From an uncultured Chloroflexia bacterium (lineage in GTDB: Bacteria > Chloroflexota > Limnocylindria > Limnocylindrales > CSP1-4), in NCBI GenBank assembly GCA_963754485.1, contig CAVWFY010000013.1, positions 162,183 to 226,182 of the forward strand: a stretch of DNA of 64,000 bases. Direction: 5' to 3'. Numbering within the stretch: position 1 is the first letter of the stretch; every line of letters starts with the position of its first letter. The notes under the pieces are model-generated. The model was not told the DNA's origin and made no database searches. It saw nothing but the letters and a program-made list of their open reading frames with translations. Of the stretch, positions 8,913 to 18,190 are shown in pieces. The position numbers were made by a program, and so were the translations under genes.

Positions 8913-10151
8913 TTGAAGAGACTGATGCTGCTCATCGCAGCAGGTTCTCTCTGGCTGTTCCTTGCCGCGGTCCCCGTCTTCGCTGACGGTGGCCCGCACG
9001 TGGCTGCGATCAACAACGGCACAGGCAATGGCGGGGCTACCCTTGCCGCTGACTCCTGCGCCGGCTGTCATCGCGCCCACACGGCGCAGGGCGAGTTCCT
9101 GCTCAAGGACAGTGGCGGAATCGCGACGTGCACCTCGTGCCACGGCGCGTCAGCGGCCTGGGTGCCACGACCGACGTCGAGAACGGCATCCAGTACGTGC
9201 TCGGCACGAACCCCGTTCGTGATCCGGGCACGACGCTCGGGTACCTCCGCAGCGGTGGCTTCGTCACCGCCCGGATCGGGTCCGGCGAGGCCTACCGCGT
9301 GGCGTACCTCGAGCGGGACCAGCGTTCGCCAGAACGCCAAGGTTCCCGTCCGCACCGCGGGCTCGCAGGCCGTCACCTCCGCTCACCTGCCCAACACGGG
9401 CGGCGTGATCGAGGCGGCCGACGGCGTGGCCTGGGGCAACGGTCCCGACAGCGCCACGGCGTACGCCGGCCCCGAGGTCGACGTCGAGTGCACCACGTGC
9501 CACAACCCGCACGGGAACGGCGCGTACCGCATCCTCAATCCCATCCCGGATCCGGCTGCGACGGGCACCGACGTGTTCGTCCCGGCCGCCGCAGCAGCAC
9601 CCGTCACCGACGCAGCCGATTCCGGCCGCCGGCGACAACCGCAACTACACCATCATCCAGACGAACGGCGGCACCGGGACGCTCACGGCGAACCAGGTGG
9701 CGGCCCTCGGCCTGCCGGCGACGGCGGGCGACTACTGGCGGCGCAAGGTTCCGTGGAACGGCACCGAGCGGCACGTCCAACGACGCGCCCAACGGCCAGT
9801 CCGCAACCTTCTACCGCGGAGATCTCGACCTGGTGCCTGACGTGCCACACGCGCTACCTCAGCGCGGGATGGGACGTGGAGACGCCGGACGCGATCTACA
9901 AGTACCGCCACACGTCCAATGCGACGTCACGGAACTGCATCACGTGCCACGTGGCACACGGTTCCAACGCGCAGATGCCGGGCATCTAGTCGGCCAACAT
10001 GGAGTACCCGGGCGGCGCGGCTGCCCCGGTCGGCAACAGCCGGCTCCTCAAGGTCGACAACCGCGGAACGTGCCAGCTTTGTCACGATCCGACGGGAACC
10101 ATCGTTGCAGGACAGGCGGTCGGCCCCGTGCCGGTCCCGCTCCTTCCCTAG
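8913..10151 (+). pseudogene. Secreted multihaem c-type cytochrome (6 CxxCH), about 5 frame shifts plus in-frame TAG at 9987
   Basis: AAGGAGG RBS, then TTG 8913 and signal peptide KRLMLLIAAGSLWLFLAAVPVFA. Haem motifs: CAGCH, CTSCH, CTTCH, CLTCH, CITCH, and after the TAG in the same frame CQLCH. Confidence 0.7.
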
Positions 10152-10358
10152 CAACGTCAAGCGCGTGGTGGCCGGCGGGGCAACTCCCGGCCACCCGCAA
10201 CCTTCCACCCGGCCGAAGCCGCGCCGGGGAGCTGCCAAGTCGTAGCACTTGACGTCTCCTCCGCGCAGCTCCCGCCCAAGCCACGCTGCCGGACCCTCGG
10301 GTCACCGGCCCCCACGGGTGAATGTCCAACACCTCGCCATGACAAAGCAGATGCCAGC

Positions 10359-12788
10359 ATGAACCTCAAGCAGCGACCCGCAAGCCGCCGGGCCGGACCC
10401 CTGTTCGGCGTGCTTCTCGTCGTCGCTGGGGCAGTCGGCGCCCTCACGCCGGCCGTGCCGGCGGTGCGTGCCCTGGACCCGACGCCGGCTCCCTCGTCGA
10501 TCCCACGCCGGCTCCGGTCGATCCCACGCCGGCTCCGACGGTCGGTCCCCACGCCGGCTCCGGTCGATCCCACGCCGGCTCCGGTCGATCCCACGCCGGC
10601 TCCGGTCGATCCCACGCCGGCTCCGGTCGATCCCACGCCGGCTCCGGCCCCGGCGCCCGATCCCACGCCGCGCCGTCCGGTCGATCCCACGCCGGCTCCG
10701 ACGGTCGACCCCACGCCGGAGCCGTCCGCGGAGCCGTCCGCCGAGCCGTCGCCATCCGCCACACCGTCGCCGTCCCCGACGCCGTCGCCGTCCCCGACGC
10801 CGCCCATCGGACCCCAGGTCCAGCACGCCTGGATCGACACCGTCAGCGAGACCGGCGCTGTGGCCGCCCCCGGCTGGCTGGACGCACCCCTCGACGCGGC
10901 ACAGCGGTTCACGGTCTACCGCGTCCGGTTCCAGCTCCTCAACGACTCCGGCATCGGCGCCACGCTCGAGCCGGTCCTGGAGTTCTCGGGTGGATCTGCC
11001 GACTGGACGGCGGTGCCGATGGTCGACCCGGATCGCGGAGCGGCGTTCTTCGGCGCATCCGACGACGGCAGCGAGTTCAACGTGCGCCGGACCACGATCG
11101 AGGTCGCCGACCTCCGCCTCGCCCAGGCCTCCGATCCGCTCGCGAGCGCGGCGCCCGGCCAGAGCAGCGCGGGCCTGGAGCTCGCGGCCGTTGAGCTGCC
11201 CGCCCACAGCTTCACCGAGATCGAGTTCGCCGTGCGGGCCACCGTGGACGCAGCGTGGGGCAGCGCTACCGGTTCCGGCTCGTCGACCCGTCCTCCCGGC
11301 TCCCGGGGGTCGAGGCTGAGTTGATCATGGGCGCCAAGCCCGCCATCGACCTGTCTCCCGGGCAGCAAACGGGCACGCCCGTCGACGAGCCCGTGCCGCT
11401 CTACCGGCTCGATCCCACAATCGGCTCGACCGACCTGCCAGTGGCCCAGGCGACCGGCACGGGCCGGATGGCGACGTACGCGCTGCAGCGTCCCATGGCG
11501 GCGATCAGCCCCGAGGGCTCGCCGCACGTCACCTACGGGCTGGCGTCGGACACGTGCGGTTCGTGCCACGCGGCCCACGACGCCCAGGGCCCGATGCTGC
11601 TCCAGGAGCCCGATCCCCAAACGTCGAACTGCTTCACGGTGCCACGACGGGACGGGCGCTTCGAGCGACGTCCAGAGCGACTGGTCGAACCCGTCGATCC
11701 CCGTGAACGACCCCGCGAGCTCGTCCTGGTATTCACATCCCGCCACGTCACCCTCGAACCACACGTCGGCCCGGTTGGACGAGTTCGGGGGCACCCTCAA
11801 CCGCCACGCGGTCTGCGCGGACTGCCACCAGCCACACCTCGCCGACGGGACCCGGCCCGTCAACAGCGTCGGCGGGTGGTCGGCCTCGGGCCCCATCGCC
11901 GGTGCGTCCAGCGTCGCCGTGGTGAACGGCCCTGCCGGCTCGGCGCCGGCATACACCCTCCAGGTGACGTCCACCTTCGAGTACGAGCTCTGCTTCAAGT
12001 GCCACTCCGGCTTCACCAACCTGCCCGCGCAGGATCCGAGCCACCCGAGCCGGTGGGCGCTGGACAAGGGCATCGAGCTCAATCCGGCCAACGTCTCCTA
12101 CCATCCCGTGGAAGCCGCCGGGAAGAACCAGACGAGCGCGATGACACTGAGCCTCGCTGGCACGTCACCCTACAAGCTCTGGGTCTTCGAGACCGACGAC
12201 ACCGTCCGCTGCCAGAGCTGTCACGGCGAGAGCTCCGTGGTCGACCAGTTGCCCAAACCGGCCGTGGACGCGAGCCTGGACAACCACGCCTCGGCGAACC
12301 GCGGGATCCTGATCGCGCCGTACAAGGATCGGACGCTCAACGAGCGCGGGCTCTACCAGGCGCAGAACTTCGCGCTCTGCTACGTCTGCCACGCGGAGGC
12401 GCCGATGGTGGACGACAGCGGCGACCTCCGCAGCGACACGAACTTCAGCTGGCACGGCTACCACATGAACGACATCAGCGGCGAGGGCCGTGGCGGCCTG
12501 GATATCGACGTTCCCGGCGCCGGCCCCGGCAACGCCACCTGCGCCGAGTGCCACTTCAGGACGCACGGGACCGCGCTGGCCGTCAACGGCCAGGCGCCGG
12601 CAACGGGCCTCGTGAACTTCGCTCCCAACGTCCAGCCCAGGAGCGGGGTCCTGCAGTTCGTGCCCGCGACACCGACCACCATGGGCACGTGCACCCTGAC
12701 CTGCCACGGCAAGCCACACAACGCGTACGGCTACGACTTCCCTGGATACACCGTAGGATCGGCACCGGTCGATCCTCTCCCAGGGTGA
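10359..12788 (+). pseudogene. Signal peptide + Pro/Thr-rich tandem-repeat linker + beta-rich domain + octahaem cytochrome domain, frame-shifted (about 10493, 10548, 11258, 11638)
   Basis: N-terminal signal MNLKQRPASRRAGPLFGVLLVVAGAVGALTPAVPAVRA. DPTPAPV repeats. The domain continues across the shift (..FAVRATVDAAW/GQRYRFRLVD..). Haem motifs: CGSCH, CFT(g)CH, CADCH, CFKCH, CQSCH, CYVCH, CAECH and CTLTCH. The cytochrome part has no signal peptide of its own. Confidence 0.6.
10476..10720 (+). repeat. Coding 21-bp tandem repeat gatcccacgccggctccggtc (DPTPAPV), about 9-10 units with variants
   Basis: Read directly. A compensating -1/+1 pair inside the array gives the out-of-frame stretch SSIPRRLRSIPRRLRRSV. 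Confidence 0.85.
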
Positions 12789-13018
12789 GCGCTATCCCCC
12801 TGTATCAACCGGTACAGAGGGCTGCGCGTATCTCCCCCCTCTGGCCCTGCCCGGTCCCGGTGGAAATGTGCGCCCCGACGGATGGGCCGCAGCCGTTCCT
12901 CCCCCGACAATCCTCTCAGGTGTCAGGCCGCGACCCCTGCGGCAACAGATGAGGGATCCAACATGGTTCGCACCCCTGCGCGCGGCCGACGTTGCGCGCG
13001 TCCCCGGGGAGGGCTCGA

Positions 13019-14191
13019 ATGAGCGCCCCGATGCTCCGGCCCACGGGGCAAGCGGCCGCTGAGACGGTGGCGCTGGCCCAGCTGGGCCTTCCCCCGAGCG
13101 CGTCCCCCGAGGACGTTGACCAGCTCCACCAGTCCGTCAGCGACTATCTCTCCTCTGCGCCCCCGGAGATCCGCGGCTGGGCTCGCGCCCAGGTCGCGGC
13201 GCTCGACGCGGCGTACATCACATTGACCGACCCAGCTGGACTCGAGGGCTCGGCCCTCATGAGCCCGGCGAGTCCGCCTGCGGTCGTACCCGGCGGGCCG
13301 GCGACACCTCCGGCCCGCCGGGGCTCTGACCTGGAGGCGGCCGCCTCCGTCGATCCCCAGGCCGACGAGGCCGACGAGATCGAGATCGAGGGTGAGCCCA
13401 GCGCCGAGGACCTCGCGGCCCTCTACGCGATGGTCACCCCCAGCGCGCACGACGACATGAAGCCCGACGCGAAGCGGGCCAAGCCCGCTGCCCCTGCTGC
13501 GCGTACCGTCGCCGCTGCCGGGACCCCGACCCCGCCCGCATCCAACATCTGGAAGCGGATCGTCATCGGCGGCGTGGCGCTGATCGCCATCGGTGCGGTC
13601 GCCTTCGGCGCGAACGCGATCGTCAACGGCACCCCTGCCGGCGGCGATCCGTCTGCCAGCCAGGTCGCCGAGGCCACCAGTGGCGCCCCGGCCATCGACG
13701 AGGCCAAGGTGGCTGACCTGATGGCCAAGGTCCAGGCGGATCCGAAGGACGTCGCGACCCTCATGGCCCTGGCCGACGAGTTCTACGCCGGCGGCCAGTA
13801 CGAGACCTCCGCCACCTGGCTGGACAAGCTCCTGGCGATCGATCCCGAGAGCATCCAGGGCCTCCTCGCCCGAGGAGCGGTGTACTTCAACCTCAACGAC
13901 CTGGCCAATGCCGAGTCGACCTGGAAGAAGGTCGCCACCCTCGAGCCCGACAACGTCGAGGTCCACTACGACCTGGGCTTCCTCTACATGAACCAGGCGA
14001 ACCCAGACTGGGCCGGCGTCCAGGCGGAGTGGACAAGGGTCATCGAGCTCGACCCCAGCTCCCAGCTGGCCCAGACGGTGCGGTCGCACCTGGACTCGCT
14101 GGTCAAGTCGTCCATGGTGCCCGGCGCCTCCGCCGGGGCCAGCGCGGCGCCTACAGCCGCCCCCTCCCCGGCGGCAAGCACCACGCCATGA
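13019..14191 (+). CDS. Membrane-anchored TPR protein, CcmH/CcmI(NrfG)-like cytochrome biogenesis accessory candidate
   Basis: Central TM helix IVIGGVALIAIGAVAFGA. C-terminal TPRs: ALADEFYAGGQYETSATWLDKLLAIDPESIQGLLARGAVYFNLNDLANAE... ATGA-coupled to ccdA. Confidence 0.65.
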   Translation: MSAPMLRPTGQAAAETVALAQLGLPPSASPEDVDQLHQSVSDYLSSAPPEIRGWARAQVAALDAAYITLTDPAGLEGSALMSPASPPAVVPGGPATPPARRGSDLEAAASVDPQADEADEIEIEGEPSAEDLAALYAMVTPSAHDDMKPDAKRAKPAAPAARTVAAAGTPTPPASNIWKRIVIGGVALIAIGAVAFGANAIVNGTPAGGDPSASQVAEATSGAPAIDEAKVADLMAKVQADPKDVATLMALADEFYAGGQYETSATWLDKLLAIDPESIQGLLARGAVYFNLNDLANAESTWKKVATLEPDNVEVHYDLGFLYMNQANPDWAGVQAEWTRVIELDPSSQLAQTVRSHLDSLVKSSMVPGASAGASAAPTAAPSPAASTTP

Positions 14192-14976
14192 TCGAGCTCG
14201 GCAGCGCGCTCGGCATCGGGATCGCCTTCATCGGCGGCCTCGTGTCGTTCGCGTCCCCGTGCTGCCTGCCGCTCGTGCCGGCGTACATCTCGTACATGGT
14301 GGGCGCGACCGGTGAGGGCACCACCGGTCGCCGCCCCGCCTTCTTCCACGGCCTCGCGTTCGTGGCCGGCTTCTCGCTCGTGTTCGTGGCCTTCTTCGCC
14401 GCGATCGGCGCGCTGGGTGCCTTCATCGACCGCCGGATCATGAACATGGTCGGCGGCGCGCTGCTGGTCTTCCTGGGCCTCCAGGTCGCGGGCGTGATCA
14501 ACGTCCGGGCCCTGTGGCGGGACACGCGATCGATGCCCACGATGGGCGGCGGGCTGGTGATGGTCGGCGGCAACGGCGGCGGGGGCGGCAGCAGCCGTGG
14601 CAACGGCGGCGGCGTCTCCGCGCTCGGCCAGGACACGCCGGGCTACCCGCGCTCCTTCCTGTTCGGGCTGCTGTTCGCCGCGGGCTGGAGCCCGTGCATC
14701 GGCCCCATCCTGGGCGGGATCCTGGGCCTGGCTGCCGCGAGCGCGAGCGTCGTCTCGGGCACGGTCCTGCTGGTCGCCTACGCGGCCGGCCTCGCGATCC
14801 CGTTCCTCGCGATGGCGCTGGGCGCCTCGTGGGTCTCCCAGCGGCTGACCTGGGTCGGTCGCCACCACCACGCCGTCTCCGTGGTCACGGGCGCGCTGCT
14901 CGTGATCCTGGGCGTGCTGATGCTCACCAACACACTCGGACGGCTGGCCGCGCTCGGCACGCCGTTCGGGATCTGA
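14188..14976 (+). CDS. ccdA: Cytochrome c biogenesis thiol-disulfide transporter CcdA/DsbD-family
   Basis: FASPCCLPLVPAYISY and AAGWSPCIGPILG motifs. Multi-TM. Carries a Gly-rich loop insertion (GGNGGGGGSSRGNGGG). Confidence 0.85.
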   Translation: MIELGSALGIGIAFIGGLVSFASPCCLPLVPAYISYMVGATGEGTTGRRPAFFHGLAFVAGFSLVFVAFFAAIGALGAFIDRRIMNMVGGALLVFLGLQVAGVINVRALWRDTRSMPTMGGGLVMVGGNGGGGGSSRGNGGGVSALGQDTPGYPRSFLFGLLFAAGWSPCIGPILGGILGLAAASASVVSGTVLLVAYAAGLAIPFLAMALGASWVSQRLTWVGRHHHAVSVVTGALLVILGVLMLTNTLGRLAALGTPFGI

Positions 14977-14990
14977 GGAGGTCGCCTGAC

Positions 14991-16460
14991 ATGACCCACG
15001 AGGTCAACAGCCGCCCGCTCCCCCCGGCCACGGCGCAGGCCCCGGGTGCGGCTGCCCGCCCCTCGGCGATGGACCGCGTGGACCGCGGCCTGGAGGGGCT
15101 CTGGCACCTCCTGTCGTCGATGCGCGTCGCCATCGTCATCATGCTGGGGATCGCGATCCTCGGCGTCATCGGCTCGCTGCTGATGCAGATGCCGGCCGAG
15201 GCGATCGCGGATCCGGCACGCCGGACCCTGTGGCTGGACAGCGTCCGGCCGCGATACGGCGGCTGGACGGACGTCTTCAACGGCCTCCAGCTGTTCGAGG
15301 TGTTCAGCTCCGTCCTGTTCCGGATCCTGGTGGCAGCCCTGACGATCAGCCTGATCGCCTGCTCCATCCACCGGATCCCGGGCGTGATCCGCACCGCACG
15401 CAACCCGCGCGTTGACGTGGGGCCGGCGTTCTTCGAGCATGCACCCCAGCACGAGGCCATCGTGGCCCGGCGGTCCGCCGCCGAGACCCAGGGCATCGTC
15501 GAGGGCGTGTTCAAGGGACGTCGCTACCGCGTCCTGTCGACCGACGACGGCACGGTCCACCTGTACGCCGACCGCTTCCGCTGGGCACCCGTCTCGGGCA
15601 TCGTCGCCCACCTGTCGCTGGTGCTCATCATGCTCGGAGCGATCGTCGGCGGCATGTACGGCTACCGGAACCCGCAGTTCATGGTCTCCGAAGGTGAGAC
15701 CCTGCCGGTTGCCGCCCAGGCCGGCCTCGCCCTCCAGGTGCTCGACTTCACCGACAAGTACGACCCGACGACCGGCCGGCCGATCGACTACGCGAGCCAG
15801 GTCGTGCTCCTCAAGGACGGCCAGGAGGTCAAGCGGCAGACCGTGCGGGTCAACGACCCGCTCCGCTACGAGGGCCTGACCTTCTACCAGGCGTTCTACG
15901 GGGCCTCGGCCGCCATGACCGTCAAGGACAAGGACGGGAACGTCGTCCTGCAATCGGCGGGCGTGCCGCTCGCCTACGAGACCGAGGAAGGTCGCAAGTT
16001 CGGGATCTTCGCGATCCCCGGCACGAGCTACAGCGCCGAGATCACCGGGACGCGCGGCGGCACCGACCCCGAGATCAAGCCCGGGCAGGTCGGGATCGGC
16101 ATCTACGCAAGCGGACAGAACTCCTTTGAGGACTCCAAGGTGATCGACCAGGGCAAGCCGACGCAGGTCGGCGACCTGACGGTGACCTTCGAGCGCGAGG
16201 GACAGTTCACCGGCCTCAACGTGGCGCGCGATCCGGGCGTTCCCCTGATCTGGATCGGCTCGTTTCTCCTGCTCGGCGGCTTCGTGGTCCGCTTCATGGT
16301 CCCGAACAAGCGGGTCTGGGCCCGCATCGTGAGCCGCCCAAACGGCGGCACCGTCGTCAGCCTGGCGACCCTGACGCACAAGGACGTCACCGCCGGCTCC
16401 GACTTCGAAAACGTCGTCACCGACATCCGCACGGCGCTCCAGGCGCCGGCGCAGGCCTGA
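14991..16460 (+). CDS. resB: System II cytochrome c biogenesis protein ResB/Ccs1
   Basis: GAGGAGG RBS before ATG 14991. N-terminus LLSSMRVAIVIMLGIAILGVIGSLLMQ. Large extracytoplasmic domain and a C-terminal TM helix, typical of ResB. Adjacent to ccsA. Confidence 0.85.
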   Translation: MTHEVNSRPLPPATAQAPGAAARPSAMDRVDRGLEGLWHLLSSMRVAIVIMLGIAILGVIGSLLMQMPAEAIADPARRTLWLDSVRPRYGGWTDVFNGLQLFEVFSSVLFRILVAALTISLIACSIHRIPGVIRTARNPRVDVGPAFFEHAPQHEAIVARRSAAETQGIVEGVFKGRRYRVLSTDDGTVHLYADRFRWAPVSGIVAHLSLVLIMLGAIVGGMYGYRNPQFMVSEGETLPVAAQAGLALQVLDFTDKYDPTTGRPIDYASQVVLLKDGQEVKRQTVRVNDPLRYEGLTFYQAFYGASAAMTVKDKDGNVVLQSAGVPLAYETEEGRKFGIFAIPGTSYSAEITGTRGGTDPEIKPGQVGIGIYASGQNSFEDSKVIDQGKPTQVGDLTVTFEREGQFTGLNVARDPGVPLIWIGSFLLLGGFVVRFMVPNKRVWARIVSRPNGGTVVSLATLTHKDVTAGSDFENVVTDIRTALQAPAQA

Positions 16461-16475
16461 GGGAGGCATACCGCC

Positions 16476-17552
16476 ATGGCAAAGCTTTCCGAGTACATGT
16501 TCGTCGCATCGATCTTCATGACGGGCCTCGCGCTCGTTCTCTACCTCTCCTACGCGATCTCCGGCCTGCGGGCGGCCCGCCTGCAGACCGCGGGCGGCCC
16601 CAGCACGGGCGGCTCGATCGGCGTGGTCTCGGGCCCGCGGACGGCCGCGATCGGACGCTACGCGACGCTGCTCACGTGGCTCGCGACCCTGACCCTGCTG
16701 GCGAGCCTCGTCTTCCGGGCGATCGTCACCGGCCACGGGCCGTTCGCCAACATGTACGAGTTCTCGATGGCCTTCGCCTTCGGCATCCTCGTGACCTACC
16801 TGTACTTCGAGCACAAGTACCACCAGCGCATCCTGGCGCTCATCGCCCTGCCTGTCGCGCTGGGCATGCTGCTCTACGCCGCCACCATCCCGGCGGACAT
16901 CGAACCGCTCGTCCCCGCCCTGCAGAACAACCTCCTCCTGACCGTCCACGTTGCCACCGCCATCGTCGCCTACGGCTCGTTCGCGATCGCGTTCGCCGCG
17001 TCCTACCTCTTCCTGGTCCAGACCGGGTCAGCGCTGACCATCCTGTCGGCCACCGTGGCAGGAGCCATCGCTGCGCTCGTCGGAGCCATCACCGGCGGTG
17101 CCACCAACGCCTTCGTCTACGGCATGGTGGCGACCGTCGTGGTGCTGCTGGCCATGTCGATCGTCACCTGGCTCACCGGTCGAGGGACGCCCCCCTCCGC
17201 CGCGACGGATGGCGCGAGCAGCGGACGATGGGGCCTGCCGAAGCCGCTGGTGCTCGACGAGATCGGGTACCGCGCCGTGGTCGTCGGCTTCCCCTTCCTC
17301 ACCCTGACGATCATCCTCGGTGCCGTGTGGGCCGAGACCGCATGGGGCACCTACTGGAGCTGGGACCCCAAGGAGACCGCGTCTTTGGTGACCTGGCTGA
17401 TCTACGGCGCCTACCTCCACGCCCGCGTGATGCGTGGCTGGCGCGGCAACCGTGCGGCGTGGCTGCTCGTGATCGGGTTCCTGGCCACGCTGCTCACCTA
17501 CTTCGGCAACCTCATCTTCGGCGGGCTCCACAGCTACTCCGGCCTCGGCTGA
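16476..17552 (+). CDS. ccsA: System II cytochrome c-type biogenesis protein CcsA/ResC (haem handling)
   Basis: Trp-rich WWD-type motif WAETAWGTYWSWDPKETASLVTWLIYGAYLHAR. Polytopic. Confidence 0.9.
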   Translation: MAKLSEYMFVASIFMTGLALVLYLSYAISGLRAARLQTAGGPSTGGSIGVVSGPRTAAIGRYATLLTWLATLTLLASLVFRAIVTGHGPFANMYEFSMAFAFGILVTYLYFEHKYHQRILALIALPVALGMLLYAATIPADIEPLVPALQNNLLLTVHVATAIVAYGSFAIAFAASYLFLVQTGSALTILSATVAGAIAALVGAITGGATNAFVYGMVATVVVLLAMSIVTWLTGRGTPPSAATDGASSGRWGLPKPLVLDEIGYRAVVVGFPFLTLTIILGAVWAETAWGTYWSWDPKETASLVTWLIYGAYLHARVMRGWRGNRAAWLLVIGFLATLLTYFGNLIFGGLHSYSGLG

Positions 17553-17583
17553 CCCGAACGACGACGCGAAGGGAACGATCCGC

Positions 17584-18183
17584 ATGAACGCAGCGAACGC
17601 CTCCACGCGGCCCGCCGGGCGCATGGCCGGCCGGCTGCAGACGATCGTGGTGATCGCCGTGGTTGCGGTCGTGGTCGGCGTCCTGGCCTGGTCGGCCAGC
17701 GGTGCCGGGATGACCGACGGCGTGACGGTCATCGAACTCCCGGCCGGGGCCGCGGACTCCGCCCCCAGGGTGGGCGCAACTCCGCCGGACTTTGCCGGCG
17801 TCACGTCCGACGGCACGCCGATCTCGCTCTCGGACTACGCAGGCAGGCCGGTGTGGCTCACATTCGGTGCATCCTGGTGCCCGGACTGCCGGGTGGAAGC
17901 GCCGGACATCGAGGCCGCGTACCAGGCGAACAAGGACAAGGGGCTCGCGGTCGTCGGCGTGTTCATCAGCGAGAGCGCCGAGGACATCGCGAGCTACGCG
18001 GGCCGGGCCGGCCTCACCTTCCCCATCACGGTAGACCAGCAGGAGGCCATCGCCGCAGCCTACCGGACGATGGGCGTGCCCACCCACTTCTTCATCGGCG
18101 CCGACGGGAAGGTCCGCGAGGTCCGGATCGGAGCCCTCTCCAAGGACGACATGGCCCGCTCCATCGCAGGAATCATGAACTGA
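17584..18183 (+). CDS. Membrane-anchored thioredoxin-fold thiol:disulfide oxidoreductase (TlpA/ResA family)
   Basis: N-terminal TM helix. Active site WLTFGASWCPDC. Sits immediately after ccsA. Confidence 0.85.
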   Translation: MNAANASTRPAGRMAGRLQTIVVIAVVAVVVGVLAWSASGAGMTDGVTVIELPAGAADSAPRVGATPPDFAGVTSDGTPISLSDYAGRPVWLTFGASWCPDCRVEAPDIEAAYQANKDKGLAVVGVFISESAEDIASYAGRAGLTFPITVDQQEAIAAAYRTMGVPTHFFIGADGKVREVRIGALSKDDMARSIAGIMN

Positions 18184-18190
18184 GGGTTCA

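Noticed and set aside
9999-10151. Independent 50-aa monohaem cytochrome starting at ATG 9999
   Set aside because: It has no signal peptide or RBS. It is in the same frame as, and contiguous with, the upstream cytochrome. It is better explained as that protein's C-terminus interrupted by a TAG.
10476-10720. Possible CRISPR-like array (regular 21-bp repeats)
   Set aside because: The repeats are contiguous with no spacers. They translate to a DPTPAPV linker inside a secreted protein. No cas genes are present.
6751-12788. Programmed ribosomal frameshifting as the explanation for the many shifts
   Set aside because: The shift sites share no slippery heptamer or downstream structure. Both +1 and -1 directions occur, several within simple G/C runs. 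Sequencing indels or decay is more parsimonious.
14778-16949. 723-aa ORF antisense to resB/ccsA. Similar giants: 24306-25916 (+), 26001-28100 (+), 38638-40830 (-), 41100-44063 (-), 33611-35353 (-), 59682-61214 (+, first half)
   Set aside because: Their translations are Arg/Gly/Pro/Asp-rich low-complexity with no recognisable motifs. Each overlaps a gene with strong family signatures on the other strand or frame. This is the classic high-GC stop-codon-poor artefact.
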